DNA of 64,000 nt from the NCBI GenBank assembly GCA_944376225.1, contig CALWBZ010000031.1, positions 2,166 through 66,165 of the forward strand. The letters are read 5' to 3'. Both the position numbers and the translations under genes were made by a program. Origin of the DNA: an uncultured Clostridia bacterium. GTDB lineage: Bacteria > Bacillota > Clostridia > Lachnospirales > Bianqueaceae. This document shows positions 29,414-37,679 of the stretch, piece after piece. The notes under the pieces are model-generated. The model saw nothing but the letters and a program-made list of their open reading frames with translations, searched no databases and had not been told where the DNA came from. Each line of letters starts with the position of its first letter. Within the stretch, counting starts at the first letter, position 1.

Positions 29414-30331
29414 TTACTTATGATGGTAGTTTCCCTTTACCGGGCTGATCACCACTTTACGGAAGGGTTCTTCTCCCTCGCTGTGGGTCTCTACGCCGTT
29501 AAAGGATTGCAGAACAGAATGGATGATGCGGCGCTCGTAAGGATTCATCGGCTCCAAGGCCACGCGACGGTTAGTCTTACGAACCTTCTTCGCCAGATTA
29601 ATCGCCAGTTTTTCCAGGGTCTGCTTCCTCTTTTCCCTGTAATTCTCGGCGTCAAGCTTGATCTTGATATGGCCTTCCGTCTTCTTATTGGCGACCAGGG
29701 CCGTCAGATATTGCAAAGAATCCAGCGTATTACCGCGCTTTCCGATAATCACGCCCAAGCCCTCACCCTGGATATCCAGCTTCAGCACATCTTCTTCTTC
29801 CATCATGCCCTGGATCTTGGCTTCGATTCCCATCTCCTTCAATACAGGCAGAAGAAAAGCGATAGCCGCCTCTTCGGCGATCTTAGCGTCTTCGCTATAC
29901 GCGATCGGCTCCTTTGGCTCCTGCACTTCCGTGTTTTTCGCTTCTTTCGCCGCTCTCGCCTGAGCAAGACGATCTTCCACAAGCGTATCCATCACATAGA
30001 CAGGCTCTTCTTGTTTCTTCTCGGGAACACTCTCGGGGACGGGATTCTTTACGGGTTCTTCGGCCTTCGGCGCCTTTTCTGCTTCAGCCTGTTTCTTTAC
30101 CGGCTTTTCCTCCTGCGCGCTCTTATGCTCGGAAAAAAGTTCTTCCTCCAAAGAAACGCCCTTCGCCGTCGCTCTTACAATCGCGTCTTTCGCGCCGAAA
30201 ATTCCTAATACGCCCTTCGATCCTTCCTGTATGATCTCGATATCCACCTGCTCGCTGGGAAGTCCCAGCTGAAGAAGTGCCGCCGTAATCGCGTCATCCA
30301 CGGTTTTTCCGCTTGTTTCAACGTATTTCAT
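29414..30331 (-). CDS. jag: Jag/KhpB RNA-binding protein (Jag_N, KH, R3H)
   Basis: Jag N-domain (GKTVDDAI), a long E/K/P-rich linker, KH, and R3H (PMNPYERRIIHSVL). Confidence 0.85.
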   Translation of the reverse strand: MKYVETSGKTVDDAITAALLQLGLPSEQVDIEIIQEGSKGVLGIFGAKDAIVRATAKGVSLEEELFSEHKSAQEEKPVKKQAEAEKAPKAEEPVKNPVPESVPEKKQEEPVYVMDTLVEDRLAQARAAKEAKNTEVQEPKEPIAYSEDAKIAEEAAIAFLLPVLKEMGIEAKIQGMMEEEDVLKLDIQGEGLGVIIGKRGNTLDSLQYLTALVANKKTEGHIKIKLDAENYREKRKQTLEKLAINLAKKVRKTNRRVALEPMNPYERRIIHSVLQSFNGVETHSEGEEPFRKVVISPVKGNYHHK

Positions 30332-30348
30332 ATGTTCGCCCCTTTCGA

Positions 30349-31575
30349 TCAGGAATCTTCCTTCTCGGATGAATTCTCTGTTTTTTCCTGTTCCTTTTTC
30401 ATTTCTTTATAATTTTCGATTCTCTTATTCGCAGCCGCTTTCCGGTTTCCGGCCATGCTGCTTCTGGCGATGACCGACTCCGCGGTACCGATTCGTTTTC
30501 CGGTCTTCTTGTCGATATTCGAACGGGCAATCTCTTTAAGCCTCTTCTTCTCTTCCAGCTCCTTCTTTCTCTCCAGAGCCTGCTTATACTCCTCGTTATC
30601 CACGATCTTGTCCACGATCAGCTGCTGAAGAATGCTAAAGAAGTTGCCGGCGATCCAGTACAGGCCGATACCCAAAGGCATAGTGATGACGAAAAAGGCC
30701 GTCATAAACGGGAAAACAATATTCATGGTTTTCATCGTCTGGTTCCCGTTTTTCTTGGGGTCTCCCCCCGCCGCCACGGTCCGTCGATCGTTGGCTTTCA
30801 TCATGATGTAAGACTGAAGCCATGTGGTAACGCCCGCCACCACCGGCCAGATGATTCCCGGGAAACTCAGGCCCGCCGTCTCCGTCAGGTTAAAACCGAT
30901 AAAGGAGTTCAGCTCCTGCGTCAGATACACGATGTCCGTAAAGGCCTGATCCGTTCCGAAGGAAGTCAGTTCGAAGAACTGGTTCCAGTTGGCCATCGTA
31001 AAATGAGCCAAAAGATCCTTCACGGAATCGAAGGTATTGATATCGAAATTCTGCAGTCCCTGAATGACCGAAGAAAAATTGTCCTGAATAATAGACTGAT
31101 AATTGGACAGGGCCATGACCTGCGTCGTCAGCGTATTAAAATATTCTCCATAACCGGTGATGTAGAAAGCCAGGTTTCGCAGGACCTCATACAAAACGAA
31201 GATAATCGGCAGCTGAATCAGCATAGGAAGACAGCCGCTAAAAGGACTGGTCTTATTTTCCTTGTAGAGATCGTTCATCTCCATCTGCATCATCCGCGTC
31301 GATTCCGGATCTGTTTTATTCTTATACTTGTCCTGAATTCTCTGAATCTTAGGCTGCAGGCGCTGCATTTTCCGGCTGGAACGCTGCTGCTTCAGCGTCA
31401 GCGGGAACAAAATCGTACGTATGATAAACGTAAACAAAATAATCGTGATTCCCAGCGCGTTTACCGTAGTCAACGACACAATCCCGTTGTAGATGATGTC
31501 GATCACGAAGCTGAACAGCCAAGCCAGGGGCTTCAGGATGAAATTATTTGTCTGTGCCAGAAAGACAAAATCCAA
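30349..31575 (-). CDS. yidC: membrane protein insertase YidC with a basic C-terminal tail
   Basis: YidC/Oxa1 core (LPMLIQLPIFFVLY-like) and a K/E-rich ~90-aa tail. Position after yidD-rnpA. Confidence 0.9.
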   Translation of the reverse strand: MDFVFLAQTNNFILKPLAWLFSFVIDIIYNGIVSLTTVNALGITIILFTFIIRTILFPLTLKQQRSSRKMQRLQPKIQRIQDKYKNKTDPESTRMMQMEMNDLYKENKTSPFSGCLPMLIQLPIIFVLYEVLRNLAFYITGYGEYFNTLTTQVMALSNYQSIIQDNFSSVIQGLQNFDINTFDSVKDLLAHFTMANWNQFFELTSFGTDQAFTDIVYLTQELNSFIGFNLTETAGLSFPGIIWPVVAGVTTWLQSYIMMKANDRRTVAAGGDPKKNGNQTMKTMNIVFPFMTAFFVITMPLGIGLYWIAGNFFSILQQLIVDKIVDNEEYKQALERKKELEEKKRLKEIARSNIDKKTGKRIGTAESVIARSSMAGNRKAAANKRIENYKEMKKEQEKTENSSEKEDS

Positions 31576-31608
31576 AATGATAACTCCTCTCGATCAAAGC
31601 CTAGAAAA

Positions 31609-31830
31609 TTACGGCACCGGATCGTATCCGCCCTCATGAAAAGGATGACACTTTAAGACCCTTCTCACCGCGAGATATGCCCCTTTCCTCGCGCCGTACT
31701 TCTCCACCGCCTCCGCCGCGTAACATGAACAGCTGGGGTAAAATCGACAGCACTGTCTCTTATAAGGGGAAATCGCCTGCTGATAGAAACGAATCGTTCC
31801 TAACAGCACTTTTTTCATCATATCATTCAC
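31609..31830 (-). CDS. yidD: membrane protein insertion efficiency factor YidD
   Basis: CRFYPSCSCYA motif. 73 aa. The exact start (31830, 31821 or 31818) is uncertain. Confidence 0.85.
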   Translation of the reverse strand: MNDMMKKVLLGTIRFYQQAISPYKRQCCRFYPSCSCYAAEAVEKYGARKGAYLAVRRVLKCHPFHEGGYDPVP

Positions 31831-32170
31831 CTATCCCATTTTCCGCCTTGAGAATTTGAAACCTTGCCGCAAGACCCAAGATCGACCGCTCCATCTGCGT
31901 GCTCTTCTGGTCCTTGGAGGGTCCGCGGGCAATGATAACGATATCGTATCCTGTCTGGAACTGATGGGCATGCAGACGAAAGGCTTCTTTGATAATCCGT
32001 TTAAGACGGCTGCGAACCACGCTGTTTCCGTTTCGTTTGCTGACGGAAATACCCAGACGATTTTCTTCTAGGCCGTTCGGATATACGAACATCACCAAGT
32101 ACCGGTCCGCTTTCGACTTCCCGCTGCCATACACCGTACGGAACTGAGGATTCCTTAAACTCTGGATCAT
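31823..32170 (-). CDS. rnpA: ribonuclease P protein component
   Basis: 115 aa, basic. Conserved position after rpmH. RNR-like motif VVRSRLKRIIKEAFR. Confidence 0.9.
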   Translation of the reverse strand: MIQSLRNPQFRTVYGSGKSKADRYLVMFVYPNGLEENRLGISVSKRNGNSVVRSRLKRIIKEAFRLHAHQFQTGYDIVIIARGPSKDQKSTQMERSILGLAARFQILKAENGIGE

Positions 32171-32272
32171 AAACTGCCGTCTCTCCCTATCTGCAAATCC
32201 CGAATGTCCGTAAGCATAAGGTCAGGCCGCCGGAAAACCGGCGGCTGACATCCATACTTACGAGTCCCGCTC

Positions 32273-32407
32273 TTACGCGGACAGAACCTTACGACCCTTT
32301 GCCCTTCTTCTGGATAGAACTTTGCGGCCGTTGGAAGTAGACATTCTCTTCATGAATCCATGCTCTCTCTTACGCTGCTTTGTCTTCGGATGATAAGTCG
32401 TTTTCAT
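32273..32407 (-). CDS. rpmH: 50S ribosomal protein L34
   Basis: Not in the ORF track because it is under 60 aa. My translation is [54 protein letters not shown] lies upstream. Confidence 0.9.
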   Translation of the reverse strand: MKTTYHPKTKQRKREHGFMKRMSTSNGRKVLSRRRAKGRKVLSA

Positions 32408-32515
32408 GGTGTAATACACCTCCTTCTAAATCGAAAATGATCATAATCGCGGGTCGAAACAGGTTCCCGCGGCACGCCGGGATCTCCCGGCACAAAATTT
32501 TAGAGCACTATTCTG

Positions 32516-32544
32516 ATTATATGTAATCAGAGCGCTTTCGTCAA
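32516..32544 (-). promoter_or_regulatory. sigma-A type promoter for rpmH
   Basis: Minus strand: TTGACG 32544-32539, 17-nt spacer, TATAAT 32521-32516. Confidence 0.55.
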
Positions 32545-32578
32545 GCATTTTTTTTGGATTTTGGGATCTTTTGTATTT

Positions 32579-33673
32579 TTATGACTCTATGCTCCCCAAA
32601 ACCACCTTAAAAATCCGCGCCTGTTTCATTTTACGGATACTGTCCTCCACTCCCGTACAGGTGATGATCGTCTGATGTTTCTCGATACTTTCCACCAAAT
32701 ATCGCTGTCTGTTTTCGTCCAGTTCGCTCATGACGTCGTCCAAAAGCAAAATCGGGGACTGTCCCGTCTCTTCTTTCATCATCTCCATCTCCGCGAGTTT
32801 CATGGACAGGGCCGCCGTCCTCTTTTGCCCCTGGGAACCGTAGGTGCGCACATCCATCCCGTTCATCCGAATCCCAATATCATCCCGATGGGGTCCCGCC
32901 GTCGTAGTACCGGTTCTCAGATCCTGTTCCAGATGCTCTTTCAGTTTTTTCAAGATCAGTTCCTCATCCTCCGACACGTTCATCTCATAGAAAAATTCTA
33001 TTTTTTCCTGATCTCCCGAGATCTGGGCACAGATTCCCGGCGCCCAGCCCGCCAATTTCTCCACAAACTCCCGCCGTCTTCGGATGAGCCGGCAGGCAAA
33101 AGAGGCGAACTGCTCGTCATATACGGAGATCAGTTCCCGGGCCTCTTCCTGGCGAAAAGAATCTTTCAGAAGCTGATTGCGTTGTTTCAGCAGAATATGA
33201 TACTGCTGCAGGGCATGAAGATACACCTTATCCACCTGACAGATCTCCATATCCATAAATCTTCTGCGTTTCGCCGGCCCCTCCTTGATCAATGACAGAT
33301 CCTCGGGAGAAAACAATACGGTTTGTATACACCCAAAAAGATCGTTAATCTTCTGAACGGGCACCCTGTTTAGAGCCGCGGATTTGGCTCCGTTCCTTCT
33401 CAAATGCATCTCCACCATGTTTTTCCGATCCGCGCTTCTTCCGTCCCCGGAATATACGATTCGTATAAACGCGTCATTCTCTCCGATTTGTATACACTCT
33501 TTATCGTAGGATGTGCGGTGAGAACGTCCCGTGGAGCAATATCCGATCGCTTCTAAGAGGTTTGTTTTTCCCTGGGCGTTGGCACCCATCAGAACGTTGA
33601 CGCCGGGTTCCAGATTCCATTCCAGTTCCTTGTAATTCCGGAAATTACGCAATACGATTTGTATAATCTTCAA
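32579..33673 (-). CDS. recF: DNA replication/repair protein RecF
   Basis: Walker A GANAQGKTNLLEAI. TTG 33673 (after GAGGTG) gives MKIIQIVLRNFRNY, which matches the length of the B. subtilis MYIQNLELTSYRNY N-terminus. Confidence 0.9.
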   Translation of the reverse strand: MKIIQIVLRNFRNYKELEWNLEPGVNVLMGANAQGKTNLLEAIGYCSTGRSHRTSYDKECIQIGENDAFIRIVYSGDGRSADRKNMVEMHLRRNGAKSAALNRVPVQKINDLFGCIQTVLFSPEDLSLIKEGPAKRRRFMDMEICQVDKVYLHALQQYHILLKQRNQLLKDSFRQEEARELISVYDEQFASFACRLIRRRREFVEKLAGWAPGICAQISGDQEKIEFFYEMNVSEDEELILKKLKEHLEQDLRTGTTTAGPHRDDIGIRMNGMDVRTYGSQGQKRTAALSMKLAEMEMMKEETGQSPILLLDDVMSELDENRQRYLVESIEKHQTIITCTGVEDSIRKMKQARIFKVVLGSIES

Positions 33674-33739
33674 ATCCAACACCTCGAAAGAACAAGGGCG
33701 CGATACAAAAACGTATTTTGCAGCGCGCCCAAGATGAAT

Positions 33740-33958
33740 TTATTGATCCACACGCCGGATCTGCCATTCTTCGCCTTCGACCGTAACACGATCCTGATCC
33801 CGCAGTTTTTTTCGCAGCTCATGCACCGGCGCCCCGTTAAACAGGATCTTTCCTTCCTGAATCAACTGATGGGCTTCCCCGCCGCTCGAAACCAGATCCT
33901 CTTTCTTCAGCCACTGATCCAACTTGATATATTCTCCCGTTATTTCGCTTGTTTTCAT
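33740..33958 (-). CDS. S4-domain RNA-binding protein (YaaA-like) between dnaN and recF
   Basis: 72 aa. S4-like IKLDQWLKKEDLVSSGGEAHQLIQEGKILFNG. Conserved position in Firmicutes. Confidence 0.75.
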   Translation of the reverse strand: MKTSEITGEYIKLDQWLKKEDLVSSGGEAHQLIQEGKILFNGAPVHELRKKLRDQDRVTVEGEEWQIRRVDQ

Positions 33959-33967
33959 GGTTTCTCC

Positions 33968-35071
33968 TTAGTTCAACCGTATAGGCAGAATGAAATATTT
34001 ATAATTTTCCCCCTGCGCGCCCTGGATGATACAGGGAGACAGGGAAGAAGAATACAGAATGCATACCGTATCATCGTCGATCGCCCTCAGCGCGTCCATA
34101 TAATACTTGGGATTAAAGGCCGTCACCATGCCTTCGCCTTCCAGACGGATGGCCACTTCCTCGTATGCGCTGCCCGCCTCCGTATTGGAGGTAATGATCA
34201 TGCGATCCTGCCGGATATCGAAACGTACCGGGCTGTTCTTCCCCTCTTTAGAGATTAAGGCCGCGCGGTCAATGCTGTCCAGGAGTTCTTTTTTGTTTAC
34301 ATAGGCCCTCGTGGTAAAGCTCATTCCCAAGTTCCGCTCGTAGTTTAAGAACTCGCCCTCTAGAAGCCTGGAGACAAGGACGGTTTGATCCATCTTAAAG
34401 AGAATGTGCCGTCCCGTAAACATCACCGTCATCAGGTCATCCTCCTCCGAAGAAAGGATCTTATTCAGCTCGTTCAGGGCCTTTCCGGGAACGGTCATCT
34501 TAAAGGTTTTCTCGCCGGATATATCCGTGCGCTGCATAGAGATACGGAATCCGTCCACAGCCACCAGATAAAGATATCCATCACGAACATCGATCAGTTC
34601 TCCGGTCAGGACCGGTCGTCCACTGTCTTCCTGGGCGATAGAGAAGATCGTTTTCTGAATCATCTGACGAAATTCATTCTGAGGAAGCACCATTTGATTC
34701 TCGCTCTGAACCTCGGGAAGCAGCGGAAAATCATTGCCTTTTTGTCCCGGAATATTAAATTTAGATTTTCCGCAAGAGATCGTAATATTATCCTGATCAT
34801 CGGAATCGATGATGATTTCATCATCCGGAAGCCTGCGAATGATTTCCGAAAAGATTTTCGCGTTAACGGCTACAGACCCTTCTTTTTTCACGACTGCATC
34901 GGACGCGCAATGGATTCCTAATTCCAGATCGTTTGCGGTAAGAGTGAATGAGTTTCCTTCCGCCTTTAATAAAATACACTGCAAGATAGGCATGGTTGTT
35001 TTCTGAGAGACCGCGCGGATTACAGTACCTACGCTTTTCAACAGGGAACTTTTGTTGCAGATAATGTTCAT
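33968..35071 (-). CDS. dnaN: DNA polymerase III beta sliding clamp
   Basis: ATG 35071 follows AGGAGG. Starts MNIICNKSSLLKSV. 368 aa. The track's 43-aa extension would run into oriC and is rejected. Confidence 0.93.
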   Translation of the reverse strand: MNIICNKSSLLKSVGTVIRAVSQKTTMPILQCILLKAEGNSFTLTANDLELGIHCASDAVVKKEGSVAVNAKIFSEIIRRLPDDEIIIDSDDQDNITISCGKSKFNIPGQKGNDFPLLPEVQSENQMVLPQNEFRQMIQKTIFSIAQEDSGRPVLTGELIDVRDGYLYLVAVDGFRISMQRTDISGEKTFKMTVPGKALNELNKILSSEEDDLMTVMFTGRHILFKMDQTVLVSRLLEGEFLNYERNLGMSFTTRAYVNKKELLDSIDRAALISKEGKNSPVRFDIRQDRMIITSNTEAGSAYEEVAIRLEGEGMVTAFNPKYYMDALRAIDDDTVCILYSSSLSPCIIQGAQGENYKYFILPIRLN

Positions 35072-35375
35072 GATGATACCTCCTGTGGATAAGTTCAATC
35101 GCGCCATGGGCGAGTTCGCGGATGCGAATAGAATAGTAATAGAATTCTTTGGTAGTAGTAATAGTAGTAGGGGCTGTGGATTGTTGGAAAAGGGCATCAA
35201 CCCCTTTATAAATCAGGTTTCCACTCGTGAATAACCTTGTGGAGAAATTTGCATAACCTGTGGATAAAGCAAAGTTATCCACGTTCAAAAAATTGGGAAA
35301 TATTTACAAAGTAGAGTTATCCACGCAAATTCACAAGATATCCACACATGAGATGTGGATAAAGTGGATATCTTA
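35072..35375. other. oriC, dnaA-dnaN part (DnaA boxes, GC cluster, DnaA-trios, AT-rich element)
   Basis: Boxes matching TTATCCACA or differing at one or two positions lie at 35084-35092, 35175-35183, 35238-35246, 35259-35267, 35275-35283, 35317-35325, 35338-35346, 35354-35362 and 35363-35371. Confidence 0.8.
35153..35170 (+). repeat. DnaA-trio-like array (TAG TAG TAA TAG TAG TAG)
   Basis: Six in-phase 5'-TA(G/A)-3' triplets, followed by GGGC and the box TGTGGATTG (35175-35183). An AT-rich stretch at 35126-35150 lies on the other side. Confidence 0.6.
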
Positions 35376-36737
35376 TCATTCTCCCGTCAGACGTCGTTCG
35401 ATATCGTTGACAGCCCGAAGCAATTCTTCATTATTTAGATTCTTCAGATCGTCCGCGATTTTATCCGCGCCGTACATGACGGTGGTTCGATCCCGTCCTC
35501 CAAGTACGGTGCCGATCGTCTTTAAGGGATCGGTGGTCAGCTTTCTGCATAGGTACATGCAGATCTGCCTGGGATAGGCGATATTTTGCGGCTTTTTCTT
35601 GGATTTAATGTCGTCCACCGAAATTTGGTAAAATTCGCAGACCGTTTCGATGATTCGCTGGCAGGAAATCGTCTTCTTGATATCGTTTCCTGTGTAGTCC
35701 TTCAAAGCGTTGGACGCGATGTCGATGGTCACCTTCGTATTGGGGCTTAGGAGACGGCAATAGGCCTCGACGCAGGTAAGGGCCCCCTCCAAGTCGCGGA
35801 TGTTGGAGTTGATATGGTCCGCGATGAAGCTTAGCACATCCATATCGATATCCAGATGGTTTTGTTCGGCTTTCTTCTTTAATATAGCGATACGGGTTTC
35901 GTAGTCCGGCGCCTGAATATCCGCGATCAGTCCCCATTTGAAACGGGAACGGATGCGCTCCGAGAGTTGTTCGATCTCTTCGGGAGGGCGGTCGGAGCAG
36001 ATCACGATCTGTTTATTATCATTATATAGGGTATTGAACGTATGGAAAAACTCGTCCTGTGTCGCCTGCTTATTTCCTAAGAACTGGATATCGTCGATCA
36101 ATAGGACGTCGATCTGGCGGTATTTTTCCCGGAAAGAATCGTTCTTATTAGAACTGATAGAATTAATCAGCTCGTTCATAAAGGTTTCCGAGGGGACATA
36201 GAGGACATTCTTAGAAGAGTCACAGTCCAGCACATGATTGCCGATGGCATGGAGCAGATGGGTCTTTCCAAGACCGGAATCGCCCCAAATAAACAGAGGA
36301 TTATAGGTATTGCCGGGAAAATCGGCCACGGCCAGACAGGAGTGATAGGCGAGCTTATTGTGATTGCCTTCCACAAAGGACTCAAAGGTATAGCGAGGAT
36401 TCAGATGGGCCTGTATCTTGAGGGATTCCAAAATCGAATTATCTTCCTCGTGAGAAGCGGCAGGAAGCTGATATTTGCCCTTGTCTACGATTTCAAAGGT
36501 GAAGTCGTTATAGTTCAGCATTTCAAAGCATTTCTGCAGATGATCCTTGAACTTGGTAGAGACGATCTTCTTCGCCAGCGGATTTTCTGATTCCAGGATC
36601 AGTGTTTTTTGAGAACCGTCTTCCACCACATCCACGGCCTGCATATCCTGAAACCATCCTTTATACGTCACTTCTGTCAGATCTTGTCGCAAAAGCTGCT
36701 GAATCTCTGAATAAATTGCTGATGGATCATACTTCAT
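35376..36737 (-). CDS. dnaA: chromosomal replication initiator protein DnaA
   Basis: Walker A GDSGLGKTHLLHAIGN, an AAA+ core, and a domain IV DNA-binding region (DRTTVMYG). Confidence 0.97.
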   Translation of the reverse strand: MKYDPSAIYSEIQQLLRQDLTEVTYKGWFQDMQAVDVVEDGSQKTLILESENPLAKKIVSTKFKDHLQKCFEMLNYNDFTFEIVDKGKYQLPAASHEEDNSILESLKIQAHLNPRYTFESFVEGNHNKLAYHSCLAVADFPGNTYNPLFIWGDSGLGKTHLLHAIGNHVLDCDSSKNVLYVPSETFMNELINSISSNKNDSFREKYRQIDVLLIDDIQFLGNKQATQDEFFHTFNTLYNDNKQIVICSDRPPEEIEQLSERIRSRFKWGLIADIQAPDYETRIAILKKKAEQNHLDIDMDVLSFIADHINSNIRDLEGALTCVEAYCRLLSPNTKVTIDIASNALKDYTGNDIKKTISCQRIIETVCEFYQISVDDIKSKKKPQNIAYPRQICMYLCRKLTTDPLKTIGTVLGGRDRTTVMYGADKIADDLKNLNNEELLRAVNDIERRLTGE

Positions 36738-36787
36738 TGCGGATCAAACCTCCAAAACGAAATGGGAATGTACGGATGTTAATAACT

Positions 36788-36884
36788 TTATCCAACATAT
36801 CCACGGCTTAAAATCGTAAGTCTACGGAATATACACAGGATTTTCACATAGTAATCCACATAGATATCCACAGGGTGTGGATAT
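36788..36884. other. oriC, upstream-of-dnaA DnaA-box cluster
   Basis: TTATCCAAC 36788-36796, ATATCCACG 36797-36805, TAATCCACA 36852-36860, ATATCCACA 36864-36872 and TGTGGATAT 36876-36884. Confidence 0.7.
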
Positions 36885-36963
36885 CTTTTTTGATACACTA
36901 TCCCCATGGAACCCGATTGGATTAATCATACCACAAAATGTGTCCTTGTTGCAACACTTTCAA

Positions 36964-36992
36964 TTGACATTTGGAGAAAAAAAAAGTATGAT
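36964..36992 (+). promoter_or_regulatory. sigma-A type promoter for the DUF4867/FucI-like operon
   Basis: TTGACA 36964-36969, 17-nt spacer containing an A9 run, TATGAT 36987-36992. Confidence 0.5.
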
Positions 36993-37027
36993 ATAGGTAT
37001 CCAAATTTATGAGGGGGGTTAGATGGA

Positions 37028-37654
37028 ATGAAGGTTCAGAAAGTAACGGATCCCGCCTTTTCAAAGTACGGGAAAGTGTTGTCCGGATATGATTTTTCTT
37101 CTTTGCTTGACACATTGAGAGGGTGCAGCGAGAAGCCTTCGGATAAAACGATTTACATACCTTCCGATCCGACTCTGGAAGCCTGCGCCATATACGGGGA
37201 TCTCAGGGATCGGGCCTACGGCGGCATGCCGATCCAGATCGGGTATTGCAACGGGAGCAATCATCTTCTCAACTGCCTTGAGTATCACAGAGACTCGGAG
37301 ATCGATGTGGCGGCGGACGATGTGATTTTGCTTCTGGGGCGTCAGGACGAGATCGAGGACGGAATCTACGATACCGCAAAGGTGGAGGCGTTTTTGCTTC
37401 CGGCGGGAACCGGCGTGGAGCTTTACGCGACGACGCTTCACTACGCGCCCTGTAACGGGGAGGGGAAGGACGGTTTCCGGGTGATTATCGTGCTTCCTGC
37501 GGGGACAAACACCGAGATGCCTGTCTTTGAGCCCGGATGTGAGGAAGATCGGTGGATGACGGCCAGAAACAAGTGGCTGCTTGCCCATCAGGACGCTCCC
37601 GAAGCCGGAAACGGAGCCTATGTGGGTCTGTCCGGAAAGAATATTTGTGTATAA
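37028..37654 (+). CDS. DUF4867-like protein (cupin-like, function unknown)
   Basis: MKVQKVTDPAFSKYGKVLSGYDFSSL matches my recollection of the DUF4867 N-terminus. Its partner is a FucI-like gene. Unverified. Confidence 0.6.
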   Translation: MKVQKVTDPAFSKYGKVLSGYDFSSLLDTLRGCSEKPSDKTIYIPSDPTLEACAIYGDLRDRAYGGMPIQIGYCNGSNHLLNCLEYHRDSEIDVAADDVILLLGRQDEIEDGIYDTAKVEAFLLPAGTGVELYATTLHYAPCNGEGKDGFRVIIVLPAGTNTEMPVFEPGCEEDRWMTARNKWLLAHQDAPEAGNGAYVGLSGKNICV

Positions 37655-37679
37655 AATTTAATTCATGGAGGTATTCAAA

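Noticed and set aside
35072-35200. N-terminal extension of the dnaN ORF in the track (start 35200). Similar extensions occur for parB (to 20500) and parA (to 21209).
   Set aside because: Internal ATGs preceded by AGGAGG-type RBS give proteins that begin exactly where the families begin. The extensions would run through oriC, the preceding gene or the parS sites.
36977-36985. A9 homopolymer in the spacer of the 36964-36992 promoter, as a possible phase-variation switch
   Set aside because: Nine A residues is a short tract, and there is no evidence of length heterogeneity from a single sequence. Noted only as a curiosity.
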